Under the pieces are notes generated by a model. It was given only the letters and a program-made list of their open reading frames with translations. It was not told where the DNA came from and did no database searches. The translations under genes and the position numbers were made by a program. This document shows, piece after piece, positions 26,901 through 38,770 of a stretch of 64,000 nucleotides of DNA. This DNA comes from Moniliella sp. 'wahieum' (lineage: Eukaryota), in NCBI GenBank assembly GCA_003971905.1, contig RSEE01000063.1, positions 310,001 through 374,000 of the forward strand, in the 5' to 3' direction. Each line of letters begins with the position of its first letter. The first letter of the stretch is position 1.

Positions 26901-27527
26901 CTGGGTGCTTGTTGCCCAACAGGATATTGGTGAGTCCTCCCACCCCGCCATGCCCAGAATCCTGATACGCCGCCCTTCTCCATTGGCGGATAGAACATTG
27001 CCGCCCAACGGCCTAATATGGTTGCTGTGCACCGGCGGGCCAATCCGACTCGCGAGGGGGGGTCGGGAGCAGCGAGGACTGGTTCCAACCTTGTGCTCCC
27101 TGTGCTTTGGGTCAATGTCGCTTTGGCTCGCATCATGCCTATCGACTCGGCATATGACATGCGAGGCCTTGAGCTACCGCGCGCGTCCGCCCGACAGATA
27201 CATTCCGGCTTTGCAGATCCACACATCTTTGGTTCGCTTAACGTCCAGCACAATTGCGTGAAGGCAAGTGCCGGGTTGTCCCCAACAGCATTACGGATAC
27301 AACCACTGGCTTGACGTTCGATGGGGTCCAGCACAACAACTTGTCTGGGATGTCGGCGGAACAGCGCTATACGTGCTCAACCACTTTGTCAACTCTTTCT
27401 CTCCCCACACCGATATATTCTGCGACTTGCGGACTTGGCTTTTGCCCAGGACTGGGCGGTCGAGGGCGAGAATGTCCCTTCTGCCGACGATGTTTTGGAG
27501 GCAGTACAATCCGTAATGAATGTTTAG
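23980..27527 (+). pseudogene. CMC-type DDE transposase, disrupted (boundaries approximate, introns likely)
   Basis: 'NPLRAKACGR..LVGWADG' (D1), 'IPVWDSTTEGWILVQPVLRMIKGDN..MASIMG..CCRFC' (D2 + CxxC), 'IDVMHTVLLG', 'PKFHLLSH...WGP...TQREEEF' (HxxxH + E), 'LNVQHNC'. TGA at 24901 and TAA near 25590 where copy 2 has CGA and TAC. Confidence 0.8.
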
Positions 27528-28419
27528 ATATTTCCCGAATGGCTACTAATGATGGTAGTCACCACTGTTGATGTATACTCTACACCATCAGTCTATCACA
27601 GTTGCTAGCGACTTGGCTGAAAACGAACACAGCACATGGGCTGCCCAAAGATTGCCAAATTGCTGCGGGAGGCTTAGGCTCCAATGGTGCAACGGCCAAT
27701 TCCTACTATTGGCTGGAGAAACCTCAGGTTCAATTCGTGGGTGGGCCATCTTTTTAAGATGTCTCGAGGCTGACCGCCGTTCACAATATTGTGATTAGAA
27801 TAGCGGGCAAGGTTGTGACGAGCTTTATAGGCAGCAATCTAGGGACAACTTCGCTGGGCGGCCTTGCCGCAGTGTGGTCCAAGAGGTTGGGGCTAGCTGT
27901 GTTGGCGAGGCGGCTGTGACAAGGTTGTGCCCCTCAAATCTAAAGACAAGCTTGTGGTGTGGCCGGCAAGGTTCTGGGCTAGAAATTTCGATTAGCTATG
28001 TACCCAAGCCCCGATGTACTCCCTTGCCTAACCCTCCCAATGTACTGTCTCCACCCGGCTTTCATATCTGTACTTCGGGCAGGCTGATAGTGTCGTGTGG
28101 CATAGCCCCAACTCAGAATTTGTCTTGACACTCTTCCTCGTGATATCTCCATCTCATCCTATGCGGGAGGACACAACCCCCGCCCCCCCAAACTTTAATT
28201 TGCGTTCACATTTTCCCTTCAGCGTGAATGCCATTCAAGGTTTTCAGTTATACATATACAATATGGCCTCTACTGTCGGAACAAGCTGAATGCTACAAGA
28301 ACGCAATTGCAAATACCACGGACGTACCCAATAGCCCTTCTTCTATGAAAAGGGACTCTCGGGATGTGGTTCATTCCAAGAGAGGAGCCCGCCAAGGGCA
28401 GAACATAAAAGTAAGAATC

Positions 28420-28930
28420 GGATTACGCAGTGTGGAAGGGATGTGATATGTCAGATCTACTAACGCACTGGTCTGTTACCTCTTCCAGGTTACTATGGCG
28501 ACGCGAGGACACTATATGCCGCCAGCATGGCGAACAAGATGGTGTTTGAGCGCTGGAAAGAATCAACTGCCAACAACGAGTCCCATTGGATATGTGGGTG
28601 AAGTTCACCGCTCTCAAATGTCTCTGCCACGCTATCATTCTTATCCTCACTCTTTTATGCGCGAAGGCGCTCTCTCTGCTCCATATAGTACCGTCAACTG
28701 TGTATATAAGGCCCTATCCTTCTCATAGCCTCTTATACCTCTTCTCAGAACCATATATGTTGTCTGTGATCATCCGGCTCCCAGTCGGTAGGCCAGGCTC
28801 GCCTCGGTTCCATCGGCTTCCACGCTGCGGGTATCGTCCCAATGCAGCACTTTCCCTCTTCCCTGCATTCTCCCCTGTGTGCCTCACTAGCCTTGTGCCT
28901 AGTCTGACCTCCTATATAGATGCATCTGCA
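28420..28930 (-). mobile_element. Degenerate LINE-like RT remnant related to 38600-38760 and 40815-40880
   Basis: Shared DNA CCAGGCTCGC.TCGGTTCCAT.GGCTTCCAC..GCGGGTATCGTCCCA with ~38630. Translates as 'GTIPAAWK' and 'SDISHPFHT'. Confidence 0.5.
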
Positions 28931-30402
28931 CACTAACTCAAATTTGGCTCCAATCCCCTCATCCTTCTGTCCATACGATTCCCTAGGCCGACATCATATC
29001 CTATTCCCCCACCTCATTTGGCAACACGCGCTATATCCAGCTTGGAAGCAATGGCGAGCACCAGAGTGCGTGATCTGCGGCCAGTGGACTCCCCTGATTT
29101 CCTGATTGGTGCCAACAAAAACAGCACAGGTCGGATGAGCAGCAGGTAGACAGTTTGTGCAGCATTTCTTTGTCTTTACTGCGGCCTTTTAATAAGCTCC
29201 ATAAATATGGTGATACAACTACAGCATATAATGCATCCTGCGCGGTAGAAGATGTGTATACTTTTGGTTTTTTGTCTCTGATGGTTTTTGAGAGAATGTG
29301 GTCTCTATACTATGCTATAATAGCTTTTGCAGTTGGTCTCTATGTTACTGACAGTACTACTACTGTTACGCCGACTACCCTGTATCATGTGTCACAGGTG
29401 AAGACGGGCTGGTAAGGCCAGCGGAACCTATGTGTGCACTTCGCCTTCCGAATCCCGTCCCCAAGTTGGTTATGGGGTCAGAATCGATCTGATCCGACCT
29501 CAGCTGTGAGGCCTGTCCGCTCCCCAACAATAGAGCACGCTCCCAGATTATTCAACTCAACCCTATCTTGGCTGGCAAGCCCGCCAGCAAAATTACCATA
29601 GTCTACGTATCCTCTCGACAATAGTCGCCTCTTCGCGGTGGTCACCCAATTGTCAGTATTTTCCTTTGCGACGATAATCGTACCGTTCCGTTTACTATAT
29701 ACCTCTATAGGATTCCCATGCCGCAACCGCACTCCCTGTTTTCTCCTGTCCTCCTCTATTGCGTTGTTTTCTTTTTAGTCCTTGTCTGTTAACAAATGTT
29801 CGCCTGTTTCCACCCCACGGTCCATTGGCGTCTCCTTCTACTCTCCTCGCCGATTGATCAACCCAGTACAGACAATTCTTTCTCTTTTAGTTGCTTCTCC
29901 GCTTCCCATTCTCGTCCTCCAGCTCCCGTCTTCAGCACTCCCGTCCCTCAGGCAACGCACAGTTCGCGTGTGCCTTCAGGTGCCACTCGAAGCCCAGCTC
30001 AGTTCACCGCGAGCGATCCCGTTTCCAGTCACGCCTCCTCCAGTCCCAGTCCTGAGCCTTGATACAGCTCCAGCAGTGTTTGTCTCCACTTCCCATCCCC
30101 GTCCCTGAGCTCGAAGGCTTCAGACACGCTACTGCCGCCCAAGCCGGTGCTACGCAGCCTTGTTAACTTGCAGCCGCCTCAGCAATACGCCGAGAGGCTC
30201 TCCTTTTTGTCCCTCCCTCTCGGAACCACCAATCAGCCCAAACGCGTAACTACCGGAGTCAACCATAGGACCTCCAAGATATTGTACCCCTTAACCTCCG
30301 TGACACACAACACAGTGTGGAAACCCGATTCAAATAGTGCAGCGTCTCCGCGAAGACATCATCACCAATTGAGTTGACTCCACCACTATCTCTATTCTGT
30401 AA

Positions 30403-30460
30403 CCATATCATTGACCGAGCTTAAGGCTGGGACAAAGAAACGCTGAGCCTAAACCGACCA
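30403..30460 (+). repeat. Dispersed repeat family R, copy b
   Basis: CCATATCATTGACCGAGCTTAAGGCTGGGACA..AACGCT..CTAAACCGACC. Confidence 0.8.
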
Positions 30461-30553
30461 ATTCATCGATCATCCGGCGTCTGTTGCTTGTTAGCGCCAA
30501 CCCCGCTTAAGGAGCCAGCAGGGTAATCGCCAGGAGATTATATCTTGCTCGGA

Positions 30554-30759
30554 TGTCTACCACGTTCATCCGTGTCCACACGCGCTTCCTAGGGTACGGG
30601 ACCGGATGGCGACCACCGGAGGGGTCCTGGTATCGTGGCGATCCCCCTGGTTCTTTAATCTTGGTGGCGCTTCCAAGTAACCCCCGCAAGATGAACGGTT
30701 CGGTTTATCAAACGTAGCGTTCCCCCTGTCTCAACGCCAAGCTCTGTCAATGAAATGGA
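30554..30759 (-). repeat. Dispersed repeat family R, copy c (~200 bp)
   Basis: Colinear with 38771-38972, including CGCCATCCGGTCCCGTACCCTAGGAAGCGCGTGTGG. Confidence 0.88.
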
Positions 30760-31066
30760 TGCAAAGAGACTTTACGTCATGCTTACCTATTTGTTTGCGC
30801 CAGGTGGAGTTCCCATCCCACCTCCGCGCGCTCAGCCATGCGTGTGGGTGATGAAATTCGGCCTCTCCAGCGTGGAACGGTGACCAAGGTGGCGACGGTG
30901 GAACGATGGAACGGATGGTTGCCGTGGCGACGGTGGCCCAGCACCCAAACCGGGCCGTAGGCCCGCTGGTCCCCTAGTACCAGATGATCGATGAGCGCTC
31001 AGGCTGAGCACCATACAAAGCAACAACTTTTTTTGGGAAGTGCGGAATGAATAATGAGGGAAGGCT

Positions 31067-31150
31067 AGTAACTAGTAACTAGTGACTAGTGACTAGTGAC
31101 TAGTGACTAGTGACTAGTGACTAGTGACTAGTGACTAGTGACTAGTGACT
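31067..31150. repeat. Heptamer array (AGTAACT)2(AGTGACT)10
   Basis: Directly visible. Longest example of the xy-TNA-y'x' arrays. Confidence 0.95.
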
Positions 31151-33802
31151 GCCTCTACATGTTCGCCCACATCAACGTTCAACAGTCTTAGGAAATCCTA
31201 GCCTCGGCAACCCGCGTTCTTATTCGCTCACAGTCTGTATGTCATTCAGGGTGTGTGCGCCCAGCATGCCCTCCATATGATGAAGAGTATGAGGCCGTCG
31301 GGTTAGGCTGAGGCGCCGAGGGGCCTGACATAGGCTTCAGCTTCAGCTTCAACACCTGAAGCCTGAAATTTGAAAGGGGACACGCTCGATTAATGTGGGT
31401 CATGTGGGTCAATTTCCGACACGCTCAAAAGTTGGTGTCGCATGCCACACATGTGATCTACGGCGACCCCGTATGTGTGCCTGAGGAAGGGGTTGTCGGG
31501 AACTAATGCATGTGCGACCTCATGTAACCGTAACCGGTAACCAACCGACTGTAAATATGCACAAACATATCATTAAATCAAATTAATCATTGTTCTCCCA
31601 CCGGAGCATCCCCATTTTCAGATCTGAGATCTGAGATCTGACAGCTTTACAAGCATGAGATGCATGATTATAGTATGAAGAGCCACAAAAGGTCATCGAG
31701 TGCGAGCTCTCTCGGTATTATCAGGACTTCACACATCATGTGCATCATGCATCACCGGTAACCAGTGGTTACTATACCTTGCTTGTACGTGAATCCGTCA
31801 ATCGCGACTGCCCTCTCCGACGTTCCGCACGTCAAGTTTCAAGCTTCAAGCTCTTCAAGTCTGCAGCACCGTTAATAAGCGACTGTGCTGGTTTTTGGTT
31901 ACCGGCGGTTAATACCCGTTTGACAAGCTAGTACTACTCTACTTGACGGTAACGCGGTAACCGGTAACGCCCGGTAACCGGTAACGCGTAACGTGTACTA
32001 CTTGCATGCTATACCAACAGTAGATGGCATCTATATCCTCGATCATGTCGATCATGCATCATGCATCATGCATTATGCCAATGATGCATGATATGTTGTT
32101 GTTGACAATATCGCATTGTACCTGTCACACATGTCACTCACTCATTTTATCAACGTGTCGGAGATGTCGTGCCTCCTTCTGTCCCTCGAAATGTAAGAAG
32201 CGCCCGTTCAAACGTTCATGACGTTCATGCATCATGATGCATGACATGTGACATGATGACAGGAACCGGGGGATACTCTCAATACTTTGGTACTCGATAC
32301 TCTCGTAGTACTCAGTGGGTTCTGCGGAATACTTGATACTCAGTCCGAGTGCTGAACGTACCCAACGGAACGTTCAACGCGCTCAACGACGTCAACGTTC
32401 AACATGCTCAACAGCGTTTATCATTTAATGTTCAAAACGTTGAAGTTGAACGTTGAAGCTTGAAGCTTGAAGCTTGAAGTTCAACCGCAGAGTCCGGTCG
32501 AAAGCTATACTATTACTCGTGTCAATCTATCTGTAGTCAGTATACTTACGAGTCACTCTAGTCACTAGCTAGTCAGTGCTGAGACTGTCGTCACGCGTCA
32601 GTACTCAGTGCAAGCTCCAAGTTCTTCAACAAGCTTCAAGTTCTCCAAGCTTCAAGCTTCAAGCTTCAAGCTCTTCAAGCTTCAGTATTCGGTACCAATA
32701 TCAGTGCGGAGGCGCTGAGTACTACTAAGTACTCAGTGAGTACTAAGATATAGTATGAACTTTGAACGTGAACTTGCATCCTTTTAAGTACTCTGTTCTG
32801 TTGCATTAGGGTTATGGTGCTTGGACCATATAGTACAGGATCTATCTAGAACTTATATTAAACCCTCAAAGACGTGCACAGTGTGCAAGTCACATCTGGG
32901 AGCATATGAGCGTGAGCGCTGCATGTGACACACATGTGGGCAATGTGAGCCATGTGAGCAATGTGAGCGCTGAGCGCGCGCTGCGGCTGAGCCCGCTGCA
33001 CAGTCACTTGTCACTAGTCCGTAATCACCACAGTGATCACTAGTCACTACAGCCACAACCATTTTGGTTGTGATTGAGTGGGTATTATGATTGTGGGTAT
33101 TCTATTGATGGCCTTGCGCGTTCCAATGGACCGCTGCGTGCATCTGCATCAACGTCAGCTAGGCGCCGAAGCGCGAAGCTTTGAAGTGACTAGTGACTAG
33201 TGACTACATTGGAACACAAGTGCTTCAAGCTTGAAGCCGTGCTGGGCGCTTCTGCGGCCTTTGCTTCCTAGCTGAGGCCCTGAAGCCTGAGAAGCAGGCG
33301 CTCAAGCGCTCAGGCCTGAGCCTCAGGGGGAAACAAGGTTGCGCTTGGTCACGCTCCTCTTAGAGGGACTGTGACATGTGAACGTTGAACACCGAACATC
33401 GGCAGTGCACCTGAGGCCTTGAGGCTTGACGCTGATAGTGATTGACACTTCGGTGACTTTCACAATCAGTGTATGTGTAGCCACCCGGGTGGAGTCCTTT
33501 CGAGCCCCAGTGTGTGTGGCAACTAGATTCCGCCTCAAGCTTCAAGAGTGGAACGACGGGCAACTCGAATTCTTCTTGCCTGCCACCACCTCGCCAACGC
33601 TAGTGCCCTTGCTTTTCAAGTTCCCTCGGTTCTCGACGCCGCCAAGCTGCGTCGCCACTGAACGCATCGCACCCGTTCGTGCTTTACACACGCCAGCACA
33701 ATCGTCGCACACCCGCACGGCTCTTTTTCTTCGCATAATCCGACACTATCGATACCACACTTCTTCTGCGCCTCCTTTCACCCGGGATTACATTCCTTGC
33801 TC

Positions 33803-35632
33803 ATGCTCCCTTATCCTGAAAACGACCTGTTCTTGCATGGCGCCCATTCTGGAGAATTTGCCTCATCCTCGTCTGGACTTCATCAACCGTATCTGGGGGC
33901 CGGCACTTCTAATTCCTTCTCCCGGTTCTTAAGCCCAAATGATACAGCGATTGGTCAGAAAAATCCGCAGGCAATTCACCAAGCGTCTACCTCTCCATCT
34001 TCGGGGGTTGGTCCCACTTCCAGGAGCCCCACTTGGTCTTCTGCAGTTATCCGCTCCATGAACGAAAGCCAGGGGAACCACTTGCTCCACGGAGAGAATC
34101 AGAAGGGGAGAATGAGTTCCTGTACTATTTCGGACGCTTCTGTGGGGAATATTCCCAGCGGAGGACAGAACGGACAACCTTCAAACATTGAAGTTACTAA
34201 CGAATTGAGCATTTCGTGGGTGACCTTTCTTCTACGCTTCAGGAAGAGGATCTGGTGAATCATTTCCTGAACCCACCTGCGTGGCCGTCCGGCCATCCTT
34301 GTTTAGTGGCACACGGCCATAACCACTCCCACAAGGCACAGCACGAGCTGAACCAGGCTGAGATTGGCCCTGCTCCGTTCACTGGCATCAAAGGAGCCAA
34401 AGTAAGTTTCATATCCCTTGTATGAAGGATTATGACGAGCTGATTGGGTTTCCACAGATCATGACCGATCCCGTAACCAACGCTTCTCGTGGATTTGGTT
34501 TCGTACGGTTCTACAATACGCAGGAGGCCCAAAGGGCTTTGGTTGAGATGAACGGAGTCCTGATCACTCCAGCAGATGGGCGTTCGCCAGCACGGCCTCT
34601 GCGTGTTTGCCCTGCTACCGCTAAGAGCAAGGGTCAATCTCCTACTGGACATTACTCTGGGAGCGCCAAGTTGAACTCTGGAAAGGCAGCAGTACCAGGG
34701 GGGACGCAAAATTTGCGTTCTTCCCCACCTTCCATTTCTTCGTTCACGCGTGATTATTCCAATGGCGAACCTCAACCGTTCTCATCAATCCTTATGGACA
34801 AGACGAGTCAACAAGCTGCCAATCAGGCGGCTAACGCCGCGAGCGCTTCAGACCCTCGCATTACCACCGTCTTTGTTGGAGGGTTGTCGTCCTTGGTGTC
34901 AGAGGCTACACTGAGGACCTTTTTCGCACCATTTGGGGAAATCTCATACGTTAAGATTCCCCCTGGAAGGGATGTGGTTTCGTCGCATTCCTTCGCAAGT
35001 CGGAGGCGCAAAATGCCATCGACAAGCTCCAAGGGTTTCGTTTGGCAGGATCCAGCATCCGACTCAGTTGGGGGCGGAGCCAGGGAGACAAAGCGGCAGC
35101 TGCGGCTGCAGCGGCCGCAGCCTCTGACTTCCCCAATGCAGCACCAAATCACGTTAGCCATCACGTTACCCAGTTGGCCGCCCGCTATGGTCTCACGGGT
35201 CTTTCCACCACCCAACTTACTCAGCTGCAAGAGCTTATCCGCTTTGTCCATGGCGAAGCCTGCAACGGTAATAATGTCCTGGACCCTATGCACCCTGCAG
35301 GCTCTCCGTTGGGTGGTGCGGATATGATGGGCATTGCACAGGATGCGTCTGGGGCATATGCGCGGTCTTCTAGTGATGGATCGATACCTATGCATCCAAC
35401 TCTTTCTCAAACTGGGTTGCAAGAAGGAAACGCCTCATACAACGCCTTATCGACATCGTCCTTGTTGATTGGACAAAACCATCCCCATACCGCATCGTAT
35501 TCTTCACTCAGTCCTCCCAAAGCTCTCGCTCGCTGGGGAGATTACGACTTGGCTGGCCCTTGGAGCAACGGACCCGAGTCATCACTTTTTGGTGGTTTAC
35601 CTCGGGCGCAGTCTCCTCTGTTCTCTCTCTGA
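33803..35632 (+). CDS. Nam8/Ngr1-family RRM RNA-binding protein; intron 34402-34457, two frameshifts
   Basis: 'GDLSSTLQEEDLV', 'AK|IMTDPVTNASRGFGFVRF..EAQRALVEMNG', 'DPRITTVFVGGLSSLVSEATLRTFFAPFGEISYVKIPPG', 'IRLSWGRS'. Confidence 0.85.
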
Positions 35633-37899
35633 AGAGAACCGGCAGTGATACGCAAGGCGAACGCGGTTCAGCCATGTATATGTTCGTTCAAAGGACAGAC
35701 ATACCAAGTGCAGCAACCTATCCTCGTGCGTTCGTTTACATCGGTCATGTTTGATCGATCACAGCCATTTTCTTTTCTTGTACCATCATGGTTTTGGATG
35801 CGGTCTACTATATCAGAGAGTATTAACGCATCTCATCACTGCATCACACCATTTTTAAATCGCCGAGTTTTTGTCCCTCTGTTTTTCATGCACCCCTCCC
35901 CACACCAATGCGGACTCTCTTGGTTTCTCGCTTGTTGTGGAATAAGCTTGCTCTTTGCTTTTTGTGGTTTCTTTAGCCAATGTTATCTCGCGCAAATTCA
36001 TCGCTCTCGTATATGGTACCGCAACACACCATCTTCCCCTTACCTGCTGATTTTTGCTATATCCATTCTATATGTTATTGGCTCCATCCTCAATCTGGGC
36101 GTGTTACTTAGCTCAAAGGCATAGTGTCCAGCAACGGCACGCGCAACGGGTGCCTTTGTACAACACACAACCTTGCGACAAAATACAAAGATATATGCGT
36201 GCGTTGAACGTCACTTGTGTATCAAAAAACACAGGCGTTTCAGTTCCAAAACCTGACCCTCACAGTATACAGAAAGCATAAATCAGTTCTTTCATATATT
36301 AGGTTCTGACATCGATGCCAGATGACACCCCATTGAGGCCATGATCTGCGTGACCTATACATGACTTGTGTATAATCAGAACCGCGAGAGGAAGAAGGCC
36401 TCTGTTTGACGACGTCGTGATTCATCTCTCCACATATCCAATTGACGTTGTCTATCTCTGCCTCTTTTTCCTTCTCTTATCAGAAGAGAATATATATATT
36501 TAAGCGGTTGAGCTGCACATCCACCTTATACAACATGCAGCATGTCAGCTAGATGACTCCACACTGAGAGACATACATGGATTTTTTTTGCATATACGTT
36601 AATTATGCTGCTCCTGTGACGGGGTTGCTGGCTTCCCAGGGGGAGACCTTCCCTGCCCATCGGGGCAAGACTCACGGAGGACTGAACGCGTTTCATATCT
36701 AAAATCCAAGGAGCACTGGTGTGAACATTGGAGGGTCGCGAGTAGTGCTTTACTGTTCGTAGGGCAGAGTCAGGCAGTGTCCGCGGGAGGTTGCACGTTA
36801 GGGGCCGGACGAGAAAGCGGGCAGTCCCGATGGACGAGGGAGGGCAAGCGAGCTGATTGGAAAGGTGGCTCTTATAGAGTGGAGTTTGCCTAGAAGAAGG
36901 TGAAGGGGAAGGGAAAGGAAGGAATCAGAACGGTGGGCGGCTTGGGCTATCACAATTGCATCTAAGAACAGGCAGGTTTATAGAAGGGATCGAAAGGAGA
37001 AACAAAGGGAAGATCAACAGGTCTACAGCAGAAAAGGAAACGAGTCAAAGGGGAGAAGTGAAGACCAAGCGCGAGAGAAGCACGAAGTGGGAGACGAGGC
37101 GAGAGTCAAGGGCAAAGCGCACCGACGACGAGAAACGAGGCGAGAGAGCGAGTCCAATTCATGTGTAGTGTTTTGGATTTTAGACGAGCGCGAGCGGAGA
37201 AGAGACGATTTGTTATGGATTGTAGTAGATGTGCTGATAATCCTAGTCACGGGAGGGAAAAGGATAGCAAAAACTTGAGTAGTGATAGGAAGAGAAGGCG
37301 AGAAGGGGGAGCGACGATGAGGAAGTGGAGGTGGCGCGACCTAATCGTCGCCTTGTGACAGCCTTATTATGTACCGTTGAGGTTTTTATCGACCATAGTA
37401 TATATAGGGTATGAAAATGGATTATAATACGCCAGGTGAAGCTCATGGTTGTGTTAGGGTGTATGGGTCGTTGAGAGCCTCGTCGTCTCCTCTCTATCTG
37501 TCGTGAGTGCCAGGTGAAGGAATGGATATGTCATTTTTCCTCACTCTTCAGCGACTTCATCTCGTGTAGTAGATACGACCGTTTTGTTTTGGTATACACT
37601 GTACAGGGCATAATATATCTTGAGCGTTAATGGCTGATGTCGCAGTCCCAACACTTTTGTTCCTTCGCCCCGGTCGGCGAATAAGTGATCTCATCAACAG
37701 AGACCTTGACACTTTCTGGAAGCATGGCATCAGCAAAACACCTGTGGTCGAAAGAAATCTGGACGTGATGCACTGTTGACCCAGGGCCAAAAGGAACACA
37801 GCCAAAAGGCTAGCCACCTCCGTGGTCACACAAGGTCCCACTAATCTTCTTCATCCCATTCGGGCATCCAGTACCACTTCTTCTCTCCTTCTTCCTCTC

Positions 37900-38760
37900 C
37901 TTCTGGGTTCGACCCAGCTCCGCTCTTCTCCTCTACTATGATATAATACTACATAACTGCACTTAAGGGCACCACTCCATTGGGAACGTGGATCACTATA
38001 TGTGCCTATGTCATAGGCGTGTTTAAGGGCATATATTGTTGACGGAGGTGCCCCCACAAAGATACATACAAATCCTGATGATCGATGTTGGTAGACCACA
38101 GACGGGGGGCTCCCCTAGGCTCCCGGAACAAAGATGGCCACAGTACACAGTTATAGTAGCGCATATATCACACAGCATAATATACGCATCATGAAAAACC
38201 CCTCTGCATCACGCTCTCATAGTTCCTCAACGTTACATCAAAAACGTTTTCAACACTCTCTTCTACTGATTTGAGCCGAACGAAAAACGTGATTCTAAGG
38301 AAGAGAGAAACACGTTATGCTGGAGAAAATTACGGACACAGGCTTATATATAGCCCAGGGTATAATATAGCAGAGGGAACGTCCGGGAAGATATATAAGA
38401 AGGACGACGGCTTTGCTGGTGATCTGGACAGCGACGCAACGTCTATATTTACACTTTTTTTGGCGACCAATGCAGCAATAACAAGAGAAGTATGCAAGTA
38501 TGCCCCCAGTGTGCCTCCTGGATGCAACTCCTATGGTAGGGTGAGAGATAAAGGAAATGTAGGGTATGCATGCAGAACCTTGAGGACGATGCTGTTGACG
38601 ATGATCCTCCGGCTCTTAGTCGGTAATAGACCAGGCTCGCTCGGTTCCATTGGCTTCCACACGCGCGGGTATCGTCCCAGCGAGTGTTGAGTCTGCCCCC
38701 CTGATGTGCCCTGCATAATCGCTTCCCGTATATCTCACTTGCCCTGTGCCTAGTCCGGCC
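37900..38760 (-). mobile_element. Degenerate non-LTR (LINE-like) reverse transcriptase remnant
   Basis: Ordered decayed motifs on the minus strand: 'GRYPRVWK..KSRRIIVNSIVLKVL' (~38580-38680), D-x-SKA (~38415), G-A-(stop)-GSPPS (~38110), YSD (~37997). Confidence 0.55.
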
Positions 38761-38770
38761 TCCTTTTGAA

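Larger units (their letters stand above)
22620..28000 (+). mobile_element. DNA transposon, CMC/EnSpm-like, copy 1 (5381 bp)
   Basis: Perfect 22-bp TIR CATAGCTAATCGAAATTTCTAG (22620-22641 / 27979-28000), TA on both flanks (22618-19, 28001-02). Colinear second copy at 57545-62873. Confidence 0.93.

Noticed and set aside
22620..28000. The CMC element as the direct source of the heptamer footprints
   Set aside because: Its flanks show a 2-bp TA duplication, not a 7-bp nnTnAnn target. Fixed CA..TG ends could explain only the CATG junctions.
31067..31150. CRISPR array or telomere repeat
   Set aside because: There are no spacers, the context is eukaryotic and internal, and the unit belongs to the heptamer-palindrome class.
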